Origin: Coriobacteriaceae bacterium
Lineage (GTDB): Bacteria; Actinomycetota; Coriobacteriia; Coriobacteriales; Coriobacteriaceae
Assembly: GCA_025757745.1 (NCBI GenBank)
Contig: CP107217.1
Location: 272,626 to 336,625 of the forward strand
Direction of reading: 5' to 3'
Length of the DNA stretch: 64,000 nt
The number at the start of each line of letters is the position of its first letter. Position 1 is the stretch's first letter. A program made the position numbers and the translations under genes. Below the pieces are notes generated by a model. It searched no databases. It was not told where the DNA came from and worked only from the letters and a program-made list of their open reading frames with translations. This document shows, one piece after another, positions 32,799-41,551 of the stretch.

Positions 32799-33449
32799 TT
32801 AGACGCTCAAATCATGAGACGCCTGAAACCAGACGATGACTCCCAGAATCCTAATTCGGCGTTTGTCCAGCACGATATCCGGTTCCGACGTGCGATATGA
32901 GTAGGATGACAGCATCACTGTGTTCGTTCCGGTGCTATAACGACGTATGACGATTCTTGAATTATCGGCCAAAGCGAGGACGGAGCATCCGTTCCAGGGT
33001 TTCAGGTTTGGATCCACGAGGAGAAGGGATCCAATCGGGTAGCATTTGGACATGGCGGACGTGTCCATTTGAACAAAGAAGCACCCGCGATGTTTCTTGA
33101 ATACGGATGAGGGAAGCGCGGTTATTCCGGTTTGTTTAAGTCCCGTTCTGCCTCCATTCTTCAAGATTTTAAATACATCGCAAAGGGAATCAGTAGTGAC
33201 TTCTTTGGATTCCCCCTTCCGCCCCTCGTGGTCGAGCTTTGCGGCAAGCCCTGCGGTTTCAGATGTGAGGTCGTCGAGCTGCAGGTTAAATTTCGATACT
33301 ATCTTGAGCAACGTTGAGCGGCGGATTGTATAGCGGTCCTTTTCCCAGCGGCATACCGTTTCTTTGGAGACGCCGATGAGTGCCGCGAACTCCTCCTGCG
33401 TTAGCTGGTCGCGCTTGCGAAGCGCCTTTATGTTTTGACCCGTTCCCAT
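32799..33449 (-). CDS. XRE-family HTH regulator with degenerate S24/LexA-like C-terminal domain
   Basis: NIKALRKRDQLTQEEFAALIGVSKETVCRWE HTH; C-terminal FFVQMDTSAM..GSLLLVDP..IVIRRY..IRILGVIVW; ATG at 33449 is 1 nt after the upstream stop. Confidence 0.85.
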   Translation of the reverse strand: MGTGQNIKALRKRDQLTQEEFAALIGVSKETVCRWEKDRYTIRRSTLLKIVSKFNLQLDDLTSETAGLAAKLDHEGRKGESKEVTTDSLCDVFKILKNGGRTGLKQTGITALPSSVFKKHRGCFFVQMDTSAMSKCYPIGSLLLVDPNLKPWNGCSVLALADNSRIVIRRYSTGTNTVMLSSYSYRTSEPDIVLDKRRIRILGVIVWFQASHDLSV

Positions 33450-33450
33450 G

Positions 33451-34701
33451 TTATGAAGTGCGGACGAGGGGGAGGCAGAGGCAGTTGGGGCCGCCAAAGC
33501 CGTTTGTCAGCTCAAAGATAGAGATGGGAATAAGGTCAATACCGGCCTGCTCCAGCGCTTTGTTGGTTTCGGCGTTTTCTTCGTATACGCAGACCTTGCC
33601 TGGCTCCAAACAAAGGGTGCTTGTGGCATTGTTGGTCCTTTCGACCTCTGCTGCTCCGGGATTTGAGCCACCGCAAAGGATAAACTGCAACGAACTTGAA
33701 CCTAGGGCTAATCGCAACGCTTCTTTCAGTCCGCCTGCGACATGACACGCACGGGTTGTCCCTTCCGATCTGCCCCGCGTAATGCGGTAGACTCGCGCTT
33801 GGTCGAGAAGCTCCCGAGCAACGAGGAATGTCTCGTAGTCAACGCGAGTGAAATATGTGTCGAGATGAATGCAGAGGTCATCGTAGGGGACCTGAATGGC
33901 CCATACGGACTCAATAGTCGAGTTCTCATCCCACAGCAAGTTATTTGCTAAAGTGTCTATCGCCGCCGGCTCGGTTCGTTGCGAGATTCCAACGGCTATG
34001 TTTTCGCTGTTGAGGTTGTGCAGGTCGCCGCCTTCAATGTGGTAAGTCGATTCATGCTTGAAGAACTGAGGGGTCTCGCGGAAATCTGGGTGATAGGTAA
34101 AAATCGTTTTGTAGGCGATAACCTCACGGTTGCGCTCTGGCCAGTACATGTGGTTGAGCGTAACGCCTTCGCCGATGACGCTCGCCGGATCGCGTGTGAA
34201 CCACATGGTGTTAAGGGGGCTTACGAGAAGATCGTCAGGTGAGTATGCGTCTGCCGTCAGTTTCGTGAGGCTGAACACCTCTTTATCTGTGTTGAAGACC
34301 TGGGAGTAGCGGATGCCGTTGACTGCTGCTTGAGCAAGGGCGCGGGAGCCTTCGATGCGCTCGAGATACTCGCGAATGGCAGACTCGAGCTCAATGCCCC
34401 GCGCGCCGCATTCTGAAATGTAGCTATCGATAAAAGAGCGACGCGCTTGCTCTGTCGCATCAAGGGCTTCGGTAAGAAGGTTTTCAAGATAGAGAATCTC
34501 TACCCCTTCGTGCTCGAGCATCGCCGAGTAAGCATGATGCTCCCTAAGGGCTTTATCAAGATCGAATGAGCTGCTAGACGGACGCAACGTAAAGACCCGA
34601 TTGAACTGCCCGTCGGGGTAGTTGCGCGTTTCGGGGCCGGGACAGTGCAGAAGCACCTTTTTTAGCTTTCCTATTTCATTTTGAACATGCAATGCGGACA
34701 T
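33451..34701 (-). CDS. Divergent arginine deiminase-family protein
   Basis: EIGKLKKVLLHCPG, FTRDP, RNRE, IEGGD, SQRT, HLDT, GFGGPNCLCLPL. Confidence 0.88.
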   Translation of the reverse strand: MSALHVQNEIGKLKKVLLHCPGPETRNYPDGQFNRVFTLRPSSSSFDLDKALREHHAYSAMLEHEGVEILYLENLLTEALDATEQARRSFIDSYISECGARGIELESAIREYLERIEGSRALAQAAVNGIRYSQVFNTDKEVFSLTKLTADAYSPDDLLVSPLNTMWFTRDPASVIGEGVTLNHMYWPERNREVIAYKTIFTYHPDFRETPQFFKHESTYHIEGGDLHNLNSENIAVGISQRTEPAAIDTLANNLLWDENSTIESVWAIQVPYDDLCIHLDTYFTRVDYETFLVARELLDQARVYRITRGRSEGTTRACHVAGGLKEALRLALGSSSLQFILCGGSNPGAAEVERTNNATSTLCLEPGKVCVYEENAETNKALEQAGIDLIPISIFELTNGFGGPNCLCLPLVRTS

Positions 34702-34810
34702 GTGACCTCGCTTTGGCGGTGAGTATTAATTGCTTCCATAGTGGCACATTACGAGTTTGATTCAATTTACATCATATCTGACACAGGTGAATGGCACGAA
34801 CCGGCTTAGT

Positions 34811-34860
34811 AATTGATGTTAAACATCAATTTAGAAAGCAAATTGACAAATTACATCAAT
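34811..34860. promoter_or_regulatory. Two TTGA-N9-TCAA boxes in the divergent promoter region
   Basis: Perfect palindrome AATTGATGTT-A-AACATCAATT (34811-34831) and AATTGACAAATTACATCAAT (34841-34860). Confidence 0.6.
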
Positions 34861-34978
34861 CTGAAATCCGTTTACGGGTTGATGCGCTTCGTTGGCGGGC
34901 GAAGAGACGGAAGGGTGTTTTGCGCGATGACACAATGGCTTTGCCGGCAACGAAAAACCCCTGAATTAAGGAGGAGAG

Positions 34979-36415
34979 ATGGCAGAGACAGAAAAGAAGC
35001 GCACTCCTCGAGTCCCGCACGTGTACACCATCATTCTCGTCTTGATGGCCGTATTTGCCGTTCTGACCTGGGTCGTGCCTTCGGGTTCGTTTGAGCGCCA
35101 GGAGGTTAACGGTCGCGAGGTAACGGTCTCGGGCACCTATGCGCCTGTCGATAAGGTCTATACGGACGAGGACGGCAACGAGGTCGATCTTCGCCAAGGC
35201 GTCTTCGAAGTACTTGAGGCTCCTGCGATCGGTATCCAGCAAGCGGTCGAGGTCGTTGCGTTCATTTTGATCGTGGGAGGTTCCTTCCAGGTCATCACGG
35301 CGACCGGAGCCATCACGAGCGGCGTTGCTCGAGTGGTGAAGAAGTTCAAGAGCAAGGACGTCCTCATCATCCCGATTCTAATGGTGCTCTTTGCCTTGGG
35401 TGGCAGCACCTTTGGTATGGCAGAGGAAACGCTTCCGTTCTTTGCGATTCTTATGCCGATCATGATGGCCATGGGCTTCGACTCAATTACGGCGTTCATG
35501 ACGGTGTTTGTGGGCGCCCGTATCGGATACATCGCATCTACCGTCAATCCGTTTAACGTTCTGATTTCTCAGGGCATCCTCGGCATCCAGGGCAACCCTC
35601 AGCTTTGGCTGCGTACTATCGCCCTTGTCGTGCTTACTGCGGTTGGCGTCGCATGGGTTGTAATGTATGCCCTCAAGGTTAAGAAAAACCCCGAAGCATC
35701 CCCCGCTTTCCACGATGATATCGAGAAGCGAAAAGAGTTTGGCGCGGACGAGAATCTCCTCGATAGCGAGTTCACCGCTAGGCAAAAAGCCGTCATGGTT
35801 ATTTTCGTGCTTGGACTTGGCGCTATCATTTGGGGCCTGGTAGCCCAGGGCTGGTACATGAACGAAATCTCTGCGATTTTCTTGGCCATGGCCCTTCTTT
35901 CGGGTGTTGTTTCCGGGATGAATGAGAAGGAAATCGCCGGCGAGTTCGTTAAGGGAATTGCAGACTTCGCGTTCTCTGCCATCGTTGTTGGACTTGCCCG
36001 CGGAATCCTCGTAATCGCCAATGACGGCCTCATCATCGATACGATTCTCAATACGCTCGCCACGGCTCTCACTGGAGTTCCAGCCGTTATCTTTACGAGC
36101 ATCCTCTATGTCGTTGATAACCTTCTGTCGATCCTCGTTCCGAGCTCCTCGGGCATCGCTGCCCTTACGATTCCCATTTTCGGCCCGCTTGTTGAGCTGA
36201 TGGGCTTAAACCCCGAGGCTGCAGTTACTGGTCTTTCCATGGGCAGCGCGGCCATGTCTCTCATTTCGCCAACAAGCGCGATGCTCGTTGCCGGTCTTGG
36301 CGTCTGTAAGATTCCGCTTGGCCAGTGGTGGAAGGTCGCTTGGAAATTCTTCCTGGTCGTAAGCGTTATCTGCATGGCATTCACTGCGGTTTCGGGTCTT
36401 ATCCCCCTGCCGTAA
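34979..36415 (+). CDS. YfcC-family transporter, probable arginine/ornithine antiporter
   Basis: VPHVYTII..LTWVVPSGSFER, GMAEET, NPFNV, PSSSG; multi-TM; first gene of the arc operon. Confidence 0.88.
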   Translation: MAETEKKRTPRVPHVYTIILVLMAVFAVLTWVVPSGSFERQEVNGREVTVSGTYAPVDKVYTDEDGNEVDLRQGVFEVLEAPAIGIQQAVEVVAFILIVGGSFQVITATGAITSGVARVVKKFKSKDVLIIPILMVLFALGGSTFGMAEETLPFFAILMPIMMAMGFDSITAFMTVFVGARIGYIASTVNPFNVLISQGILGIQGNPQLWLRTIALVVLTAVGVAWVVMYALKVKKNPEASPAFHDDIEKRKEFGADENLLDSEFTARQKAVMVIFVLGLGAIIWGLVAQGWYMNEISAIFLAMALLSGVVSGMNEKEIAGEFVKGIADFAFSAIVVGLARGILVIANDGLIIDTILNTLATALTGVPAVIFTSILYVVDNLLSILVPSSSGIAALTIPIFGPLVELMGLNPEAAVTGLSMGSAAMSLISPTSAMLVAGLGVCKIPLGQWWKVAWKFFLVVSVICMAFTAVSGLIPLP

Positions 36416-36457
36416 ATGCAAAACCCCACATACAAGTTGTGAGAAAGAAGGATAGAG

Positions 36458-37702
36458 ATGAACAAAGGACTGAACGTTCATAGCGAGATTGGCGCCCTCA
36501 AGAAGGTGTGCGTCCATCGCCCCGGTATGGATCTTGTAAACATGAAGGCGGAGGATTTCGACCGCGTTTGGATTCACGACGCGTTCTATCTGGACTATGC
36601 CCAGAAAGAGCACGATCAGTTTACCGACCTTCTTCGCGGCGCTGGCGCCGAGGTCGTCTATATGGAAGAGCTGCTCGCTGAGACGTTTGACAAAGTCGAG
36701 GGCACTCGCGCAGAGTTCATGACGAAGTTCATGGGTGAGTCCGGCATCTCCAACGCGGCCCTTCGCCAGGCCGTTGTCGAGAAGCTTGATTCGATTAAGG
36801 ACAACAAGGAGTTTGTCCTTGCTGCCATGGGCGGCCTCTACGTTCGCGACCTCGAGATCCCCAAGGTCGGCGGTTCTCTTGCCAGTATGGACGGCGACGA
36901 GCTGAAGGGCGACGATATGGTCCTCTTCCCCATGCCCGCCTCGTATTTCTCCCGTGACCCCCTGGCTGTCGTGGGCAAGGGCGCTACCATGAACCGCATG
37001 TACTGGAATCAGCGCAATCGCGAGGTAATCTTCTACGAAACGGTGCTCCGCAACCATCCCGATTACGCCGGTAGCCCCATTTGGTATGACCACAACAGCG
37101 AGTGGCATATCGAGGGCGGCGATATCCTCAACATCAACGCCAAGACGCTCGCCATCGGTATTTCCGAGCGCACCCAGACTGCGGCCATCGATGAGCTCGC
37201 CAAGAATATGTTCTGGGGTTCCGATGAGGCCGAGATCGAGAACATCTATGCCATCAAGATTCCGCACGGCTATGCCTACATGCACCTCGACACCGTCTGC
37301 ACGCAGGTCGATCGCGATAAGTTCACGGTCTATCCCGGCATCTACCAGACGCTTCGTGCCTACCGCCTGACCAAGGGCGATTCGGAGGGGGAGGTGCATA
37401 TCGAGGAACTCGAGGGCACCCTGCAGCATATCCTCGAGCTTGCGACGGGTATGGACCATATCACCATGATTGAGTGCGGTGGCGGCGATCCGATCGAGGC
37501 TTCCCGTGAGCAGTGGAACGATGGTTCCAACACTCTTGCGGTCGCACCGGGCAAGGTCTGCGTGTATGAGCGCAACGTTGTCACCAACGATGCTCTTTAC
37601 AAGGCTGGCGTCGAGCTGCTCGTCGCTCCCTCCGAGGAGCTTTCTCGCGGTCGCGGCGGCCCGCGTTGCATGACCATGCCGTTCTGGCGTGAGGAAATCT
37701 AG
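36458..37702 (+). CDS. arcA: Arginine deiminase
   Basis: [53 protein letters not shown]. Confidence 0.96.
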   Translation: MNKGLNVHSEIGALKKVCVHRPGMDLVNMKAEDFDRVWIHDAFYLDYAQKEHDQFTDLLRGAGAEVVYMEELLAETFDKVEGTRAEFMTKFMGESGISNAALRQAVVEKLDSIKDNKEFVLAAMGGLYVRDLEIPKVGGSLASMDGDELKGDDMVLFPMPASYFSRDPLAVVGKGATMNRMYWNQRNREVIFYETVLRNHPDYAGSPIWYDHNSEWHIEGGDILNINAKTLAIGISERTQTAAIDELAKNMFWGSDEAEIENIYAIKIPHGYAYMHLDTVCTQVDRDKFTVYPGIYQTLRAYRLTKGDSEGEVHIEELEGTLQHILELATGMDHITMIECGGGDPIEASREQWNDGSNTLAVAPGKVCVYERNVVTNDALYKAGVELLVAPSEELSRGRGGPRCMTMPFWREEI

Positions 37703-37788
37703 TCAGCGTTAGCGTATCTGGGCGGCGCGTGTGCGTCTGCGCCGCCCATCCCTCCTTGTGTGTTCCAACAACCGAAAGGACTCAAATC

Positions 37789-38796
37789 ATGGCTCTTAAT
37801 CTTTCTGGTCGAAGCGTTCTTACCCTGCTTGACTTTACGTCCGAGGAAATCGAGTACATGCTCGACCTCTCAAAGAACTTCAAGGATATGAAGCGCGCCG
37901 GTTATCCGCACCGCTTTCTCGAGGGCAAGAACATTGTCCTGCTGTTTGAGAAGACCTCCACGCGCACGCGCTGTGCCTTCGAGGTCGGCGGTATGGACCT
38001 GGGTATGGGCGTGACCTACCTCGACCCCGGCTCGTCGCAGATGGGCAAGAAAGAGTCCATCGAGGATACCGCCCGCGTGCTCGGTCGCATGTATGACGGT
38101 ATTGAGTATCGCGGCTCCGACCAGTCGATCGTCGAGGAGCTTGCCGCCAAGGCTGGCGTTCCCGTCTGGAACGGTCTGACCAACGAGTACCATCCCACCC
38201 AGGCCCTTGCCGACATTCTTACCATGCGTGAGGAGTTTGGCGACACGCGCGGCATGAAGCTCACCTATATGGGTAAGGAGCAGGGCAACGTCAGCGACTC
38301 CCTGATGGTTATCTGCGCCAAGCTCGGCATTAACTTCTGCTCCTGCGGACCCAAGGGCGATGTCGAGGGCGCCACGCACTTCGATCCCGAGCTTCTTGAG
38401 CGCTGCCAGGAGATCGCCGCTCAGAATGGCTGCACGATCCAGCTCACTGAGGATATCGACGAGGGCGTCAAGGATGCAGACGTGATCTATACGGACGTTT
38501 GGGTCGGTATGGGCCAGGCTGAGGAGCTGTGGAAGAGCCGAATCGATCTTCTCTCTCCCTATCGAGTAACGCCCGAGGTCATGGCCAAGGCAAACCCCGG
38601 CGCCATCTTTATGCACTGCCTGCCGAGCTTCCACGATACGCAGACCACCATCGGCGCCGAGATTGCCGAGAAGTTCGGCGTGACCGAGATGGAGGTTTCC
38701 GACGAGGTCTTTGAGAGCGCGCAGTCTCGCGTGTTCCAGGAGGCCGAGAACCGCATGCATACCATTAAGGCCATGATGTACGCGACGCTTCGCTAG
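37789..38796 (+). CDS. arcB: Ornithine carbamoyltransferase (catabolic)
   Basis: [46 protein letters not shown]. Confidence 0.95.
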   Translation: MALNLSGRSVLTLLDFTSEEIEYMLDLSKNFKDMKRAGYPHRFLEGKNIVLLFEKTSTRTRCAFEVGGMDLGMGVTYLDPGSSQMGKKESIEDTARVLGRMYDGIEYRGSDQSIVEELAAKAGVPVWNGLTNEYHPTQALADILTMREEFGDTRGMKLTYMGKEQGNVSDSLMVICAKLGINFCSCGPKGDVEGATHFDPELLERCQEIAAQNGCTIQLTEDIDEGVKDADVIYTDVWVGMGQAEELWKSRIDLLSPYRVTPEVMAKANPGAIFMHCLPSFHDTQTTIGAEIAEKFGVTEMEVSDEVFESAQSRVFQEAENRMHTIKAMMYATLR

Positions 38797-38819
38797 TAGC
38801 TGGGAAGTGAACGAACACT

Positions 38820-39782
38820 ATGAGTAAACCGTACGGAAAGCCCGATCGTATTGTCGTCGCCCTCGGCGGCAACGCCCTCGGCAACAACCCCGTCGAGCAG
38901 ATCGAGGCCGTGAGCAACACCGCCCACGCTCTCCTTGGTCTTATCGAGCAGGGCAACGAGATCATCATCACCCACGGCAACGGCCCGCAGGTCGGCATGA
39001 TCCAGAACGCCTTCGCCGCCGCCCACGACGCCATCGGCACCCCCGAGATGCCGCTGCCCGAGTGCGGCGCCATGTCCCAGGGCTACATCGGCTACCACCT
39101 GCAGCAGGGCATCGGCCGCGAGATGCACAAGCGCTACAAGCGCTGGCACGCCGCCACCGTCGTCACCCAGATCGAGTGCGACCCCGACGACCCCGCGTTC
39201 AAGAACCCGACCAAGCCGATCGGCCCCTTCTACACCGAGGAGCAGGCCAAGGAGTTCATGGCCGAGGACCCCTCCAAGGTCTTCGTCGAGGATTCCGGCC
39301 GCGGCTGGCGCCGCGTCGTCGCCTCCCCCGACCCCAAGAAGATCGTCGAGGCCGACTCCATCCTCAACCTGCTCGACAACGAGTTCATCGTCATCGCCTG
39401 CGGTGGCGGCGGCATCCCCGTCGTCCGCGACTACGAGAACAAGGGCTGCTACAAGGGCGTCCCCGCCGTCATCGACAAGGACCTGGGCGGCGAGCTGCTG
39501 GCCGAGGACTGCGACGCCGACGTCCTGTTCCTGCTGACCGCCGTCGAGCACGTCGCCATCAACTTCGGCAAGCCCAACCAGGAGGAGCTCGAGGACCTCA
39601 CCGCCGACGAGGCCGAGCGCCTGGCCGACGAGGGCCAGTTCGGCAAGGGTTCCATGGAGCCCAAGGTCCGCGCTGCCATCAAGTTCGCCCGTTCCCGCAA
39701 GGGCCGCACCTGCATCATCGGCGCCCTGGACAAGGCCGCCGAGACCATGGCCGGCCTCTCCGGTACCCGCATCCACGAGTAG
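38820..39782 (+). CDS. arcC: Carbamate kinase, copy 2
   Basis: Protein matches copy 1 except for two residues (L/Y at position 5, GKNP/GNNP). Confidence 0.96.
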   Translation: MSKPYGKPDRIVVALGGNALGNNPVEQIEAVSNTAHALLGLIEQGNEIIITHGNGPQVGMIQNAFAAAHDAIGTPEMPLPECGAMSQGYIGYHLQQGIGREMHKRYKRWHAATVVTQIECDPDDPAFKNPTKPIGPFYTEEQAKEFMAEDPSKVFVEDSGRGWRRVVASPDPKKIVEADSILNLLDNEFIVIACGGGGIPVVRDYENKGCYKGVPAVIDKDLGGELLAEDCDADVLFLLTAVEHVAINFGKPNQEELEDLTADEAERLADEGQFGKGSMEPKVRAAIKFARSRKGRTCIIGALDKAAETMAGLSGTRIHE

Positions 39783-39883
39783 TCCCTACTCCGTTGCCTC
39801 TCTCGTGGGCGCCGGGCAAGGCGCCCACAGACTAGCCTCTCTTCATGAGCCCCGCAGTCCGCTCCGACTGCGGGGCTTTTGCT
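38838..39883 (+). repeat. Right copy of the ~1046-bp arcC direct repeat
   Basis: Matches 31709-32754. Confidence 0.95.
39848..39880 (+). terminator. Intrinsic terminator after arcC copy 2
   Basis: Same hairpin as 32719-32751. Confidence 0.85.
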
Positions 39884-39890
39884 ATCGGTA

Positions 39891-40156
39891 GTCATTGGGG
39901 ACAGACTTAAATGAGTAGCACCAATCAACTGCGGAAAGTGCATCTCACAATGAGCGTCCAAAATGGGGCACAGTTTCCCCGGGGCCCTCAACCGGAAAAT
40001 ACATCCCGGAATTTGCCCGAAAAATGGCCCCCAGTTTCCCAAACAGGCCGCTAACGGAAAGCGCATCCCGCTATCGAACTTCAAAGCGGGGTGCGCTTTC
40101 CGTGCCAGCAGTTCCGGGCATCCAGAGACCACTCATTTAAGTCTGTCCCCAGTGAC
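39891..40156. mobile_element. MITE/REPIN-like 266-bp element with 26-bp terminal inverted repeats
   Basis: GTCATTGGGGACAGACTTAAATGAGT (39891-39916) and ACTCATTTAAGTCTGTCCCCAGTGAC (40131-40156), 1 mismatch, TA on both outer sides; no transposase; interior holds three 46-bp palindromic units. Confidence 0.65.
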
Positions 40157-41190
40157 TAGTAGTAGGCCCACATGGCTTCGACTTCGTTGAGGACCTCTAC
40201 GACGCCCCAGCGTCGGGCGCTGCGGCTGGCCGAGTTGGGATCGAAGACTTCAATCTGGTCGGCGTCGTCAATACCGTAAAGCACAATGTAGTGGCCCACG
40301 TTGGTAAAGGTGCCCGGCCGAACGGCGGCGATGACGGGCGCTCCCGAACGCAGCACCTGAGTCATCGAGTCGCGATCGTTATGAAGCTCCGTTCCGTTAA
40401 GGCCCAGCTGCCATGCGCCGCGCGTCATAAATGACCATTCGGTGGCGCCGGTGGGGGCATAGTTGCCCGCCTCGGAAAGGGCGCACATGTCGACCGGTGT
40501 CATATCGGTGCGGCCGGTCTTAAAGATATAGACCATGGTGAGGCAAGTGGGACCGCAAGCGTTTTCGCGAATAGTGCCACCGGCATAGGGCAGCTCCGAC
40601 CACGCAGGGTCGATCTGATAGATATGGGGCATCGTGCCGGCTTGCCATTGCGAGCGCGGAGTCGAAAAGGCGAAAGAATAACCGGGCGCGACGGGGGCCT
40701 TGAGCAGCTTGTCCTCGGCGGTGGGCTCGAGACCGGCCGAGCCGTGGGACATACAGGAGCTCATAAGCACAAAGACCAGACAGATGAGGATAGAGCACAG
40801 TGCGAGGCAAAGCCGACGAGCCGGCAGGGCGGGGGCATTCACGTACGATGTCGAGCGGTAGGGCTTGCCGTCGCGTCCGCCTTGGGGATGCGAAAAGAAG
40901 CGGTTGATATGGATGCCGGGCTGACGTGCGCCGTTGCGGCGCAGTTGCGGAACCTCGGCTTGGCGCTGTCGAGTGCGCGCGCCCAAGCGGCTATCTTGCT
41001 GTGCGCTTGTGCCCGTGCTCGGACGGCCGCTCTGCCGTGTTCTGTTTGTCTGCTGCCGAGACGAAGGCCCGGGTTGCTCTTGAGGGCGTTGCGGATTGCT
41101 GCTCGTGGCACTTCTGGGCATCGGCGTGGTGCGGCCAGCAAGGCGAACGCTTTGTCGCCGTTGATCACCGTCGTTGTATCCGTATGCCAT
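40156..41190 (-). CDS. C39-like cysteine peptidase with Arg/Gln-rich N-terminus and TM anchor
   Basis: YQIDPAW..ACGPTCLTMV..GHYIVL..VFDPNS. Confidence 0.85.
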   Translation of the reverse strand: MAYGYNDGDQRRQSVRLAGRTTPMPRSATSSNPQRPQEQPGPSSRQQTNRTRQSGRPSTGTSAQQDSRLGARTRQRQAEVPQLRRNGARQPGIHINRFFSHPQGGRDGKPYRSTSYVNAPALPARRLCLALCSILICLVFVLMSSCMSHGSAGLEPTAEDKLLKAPVAPGYSFAFSTPRSQWQAGTMPHIYQIDPAWSELPYAGGTIRENACGPTCLTMVYIFKTGRTDMTPVDMCALSEAGNYAPTGATEWSFMTRGAWQLGLNGTELHNDRDSMTQVLRSGAPVIAAVRPGTFTNVGHYIVLYGIDDADQIEVFDPNSASRSARRWGVVEVLNEVEAMWAYY

Positions 41191-41377
41191 TCGTACCGCC
41201 TTGTCTCATGTATAACCTGTCTATCCTACAAAAAGGATGTGCAACAAATGGGTCCGAGCGTCAAAAGCTCGGTAAACGGTACGAAAGGCGCAAAACACAC
41301 GGCCTCAAAAACATTTCTATATGCGTCCAATGAGCGTACGCCCGTCGGACGGGCGACAACAATGAGCGGCAAACCGT

Positions 41378-41407
41378 GCCGTTCGTCCCAAAAACGGCGC
41401 CACTCAT
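41378..41407 (+). promoter_or_regulatory. Candidate LytTR-type direct repeat (9 bp, 12-bp spacer)
   Basis: GCCGTTCGT (41378) and GCCACTCAT (41399), 21-bp period, upstream of the permease gene; a LytTR regulator lies downstream. Confidence 0.35.
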
Positions 41408-41551
41408 ATGCGAGTTCTGCCTTCGGTCGAGCCATAAGCGGTAGCGCGACGCCGAGGCCGTATCTTAAAGCCACGAAATAAAAGTGCGCGGCAAAACAGA
41501 CCGCGCAAGGGGTGACGCCAAAGAGGCGTCAATAAGGAAAGGAGGGGAACA

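Noticed and set aside
32799..33449. Prophage CI repressor or prophage remnant
   Set aside because: There are no other phage genes; it is coupled to a metabolic paralog and its autocleavage residues appear absent.
34811..34831. FNR/ArcR box
   Set aside because: Half-site spacing is TTGAT-N7-ATCAA rather than N4; kept only as an unassigned operator candidate.
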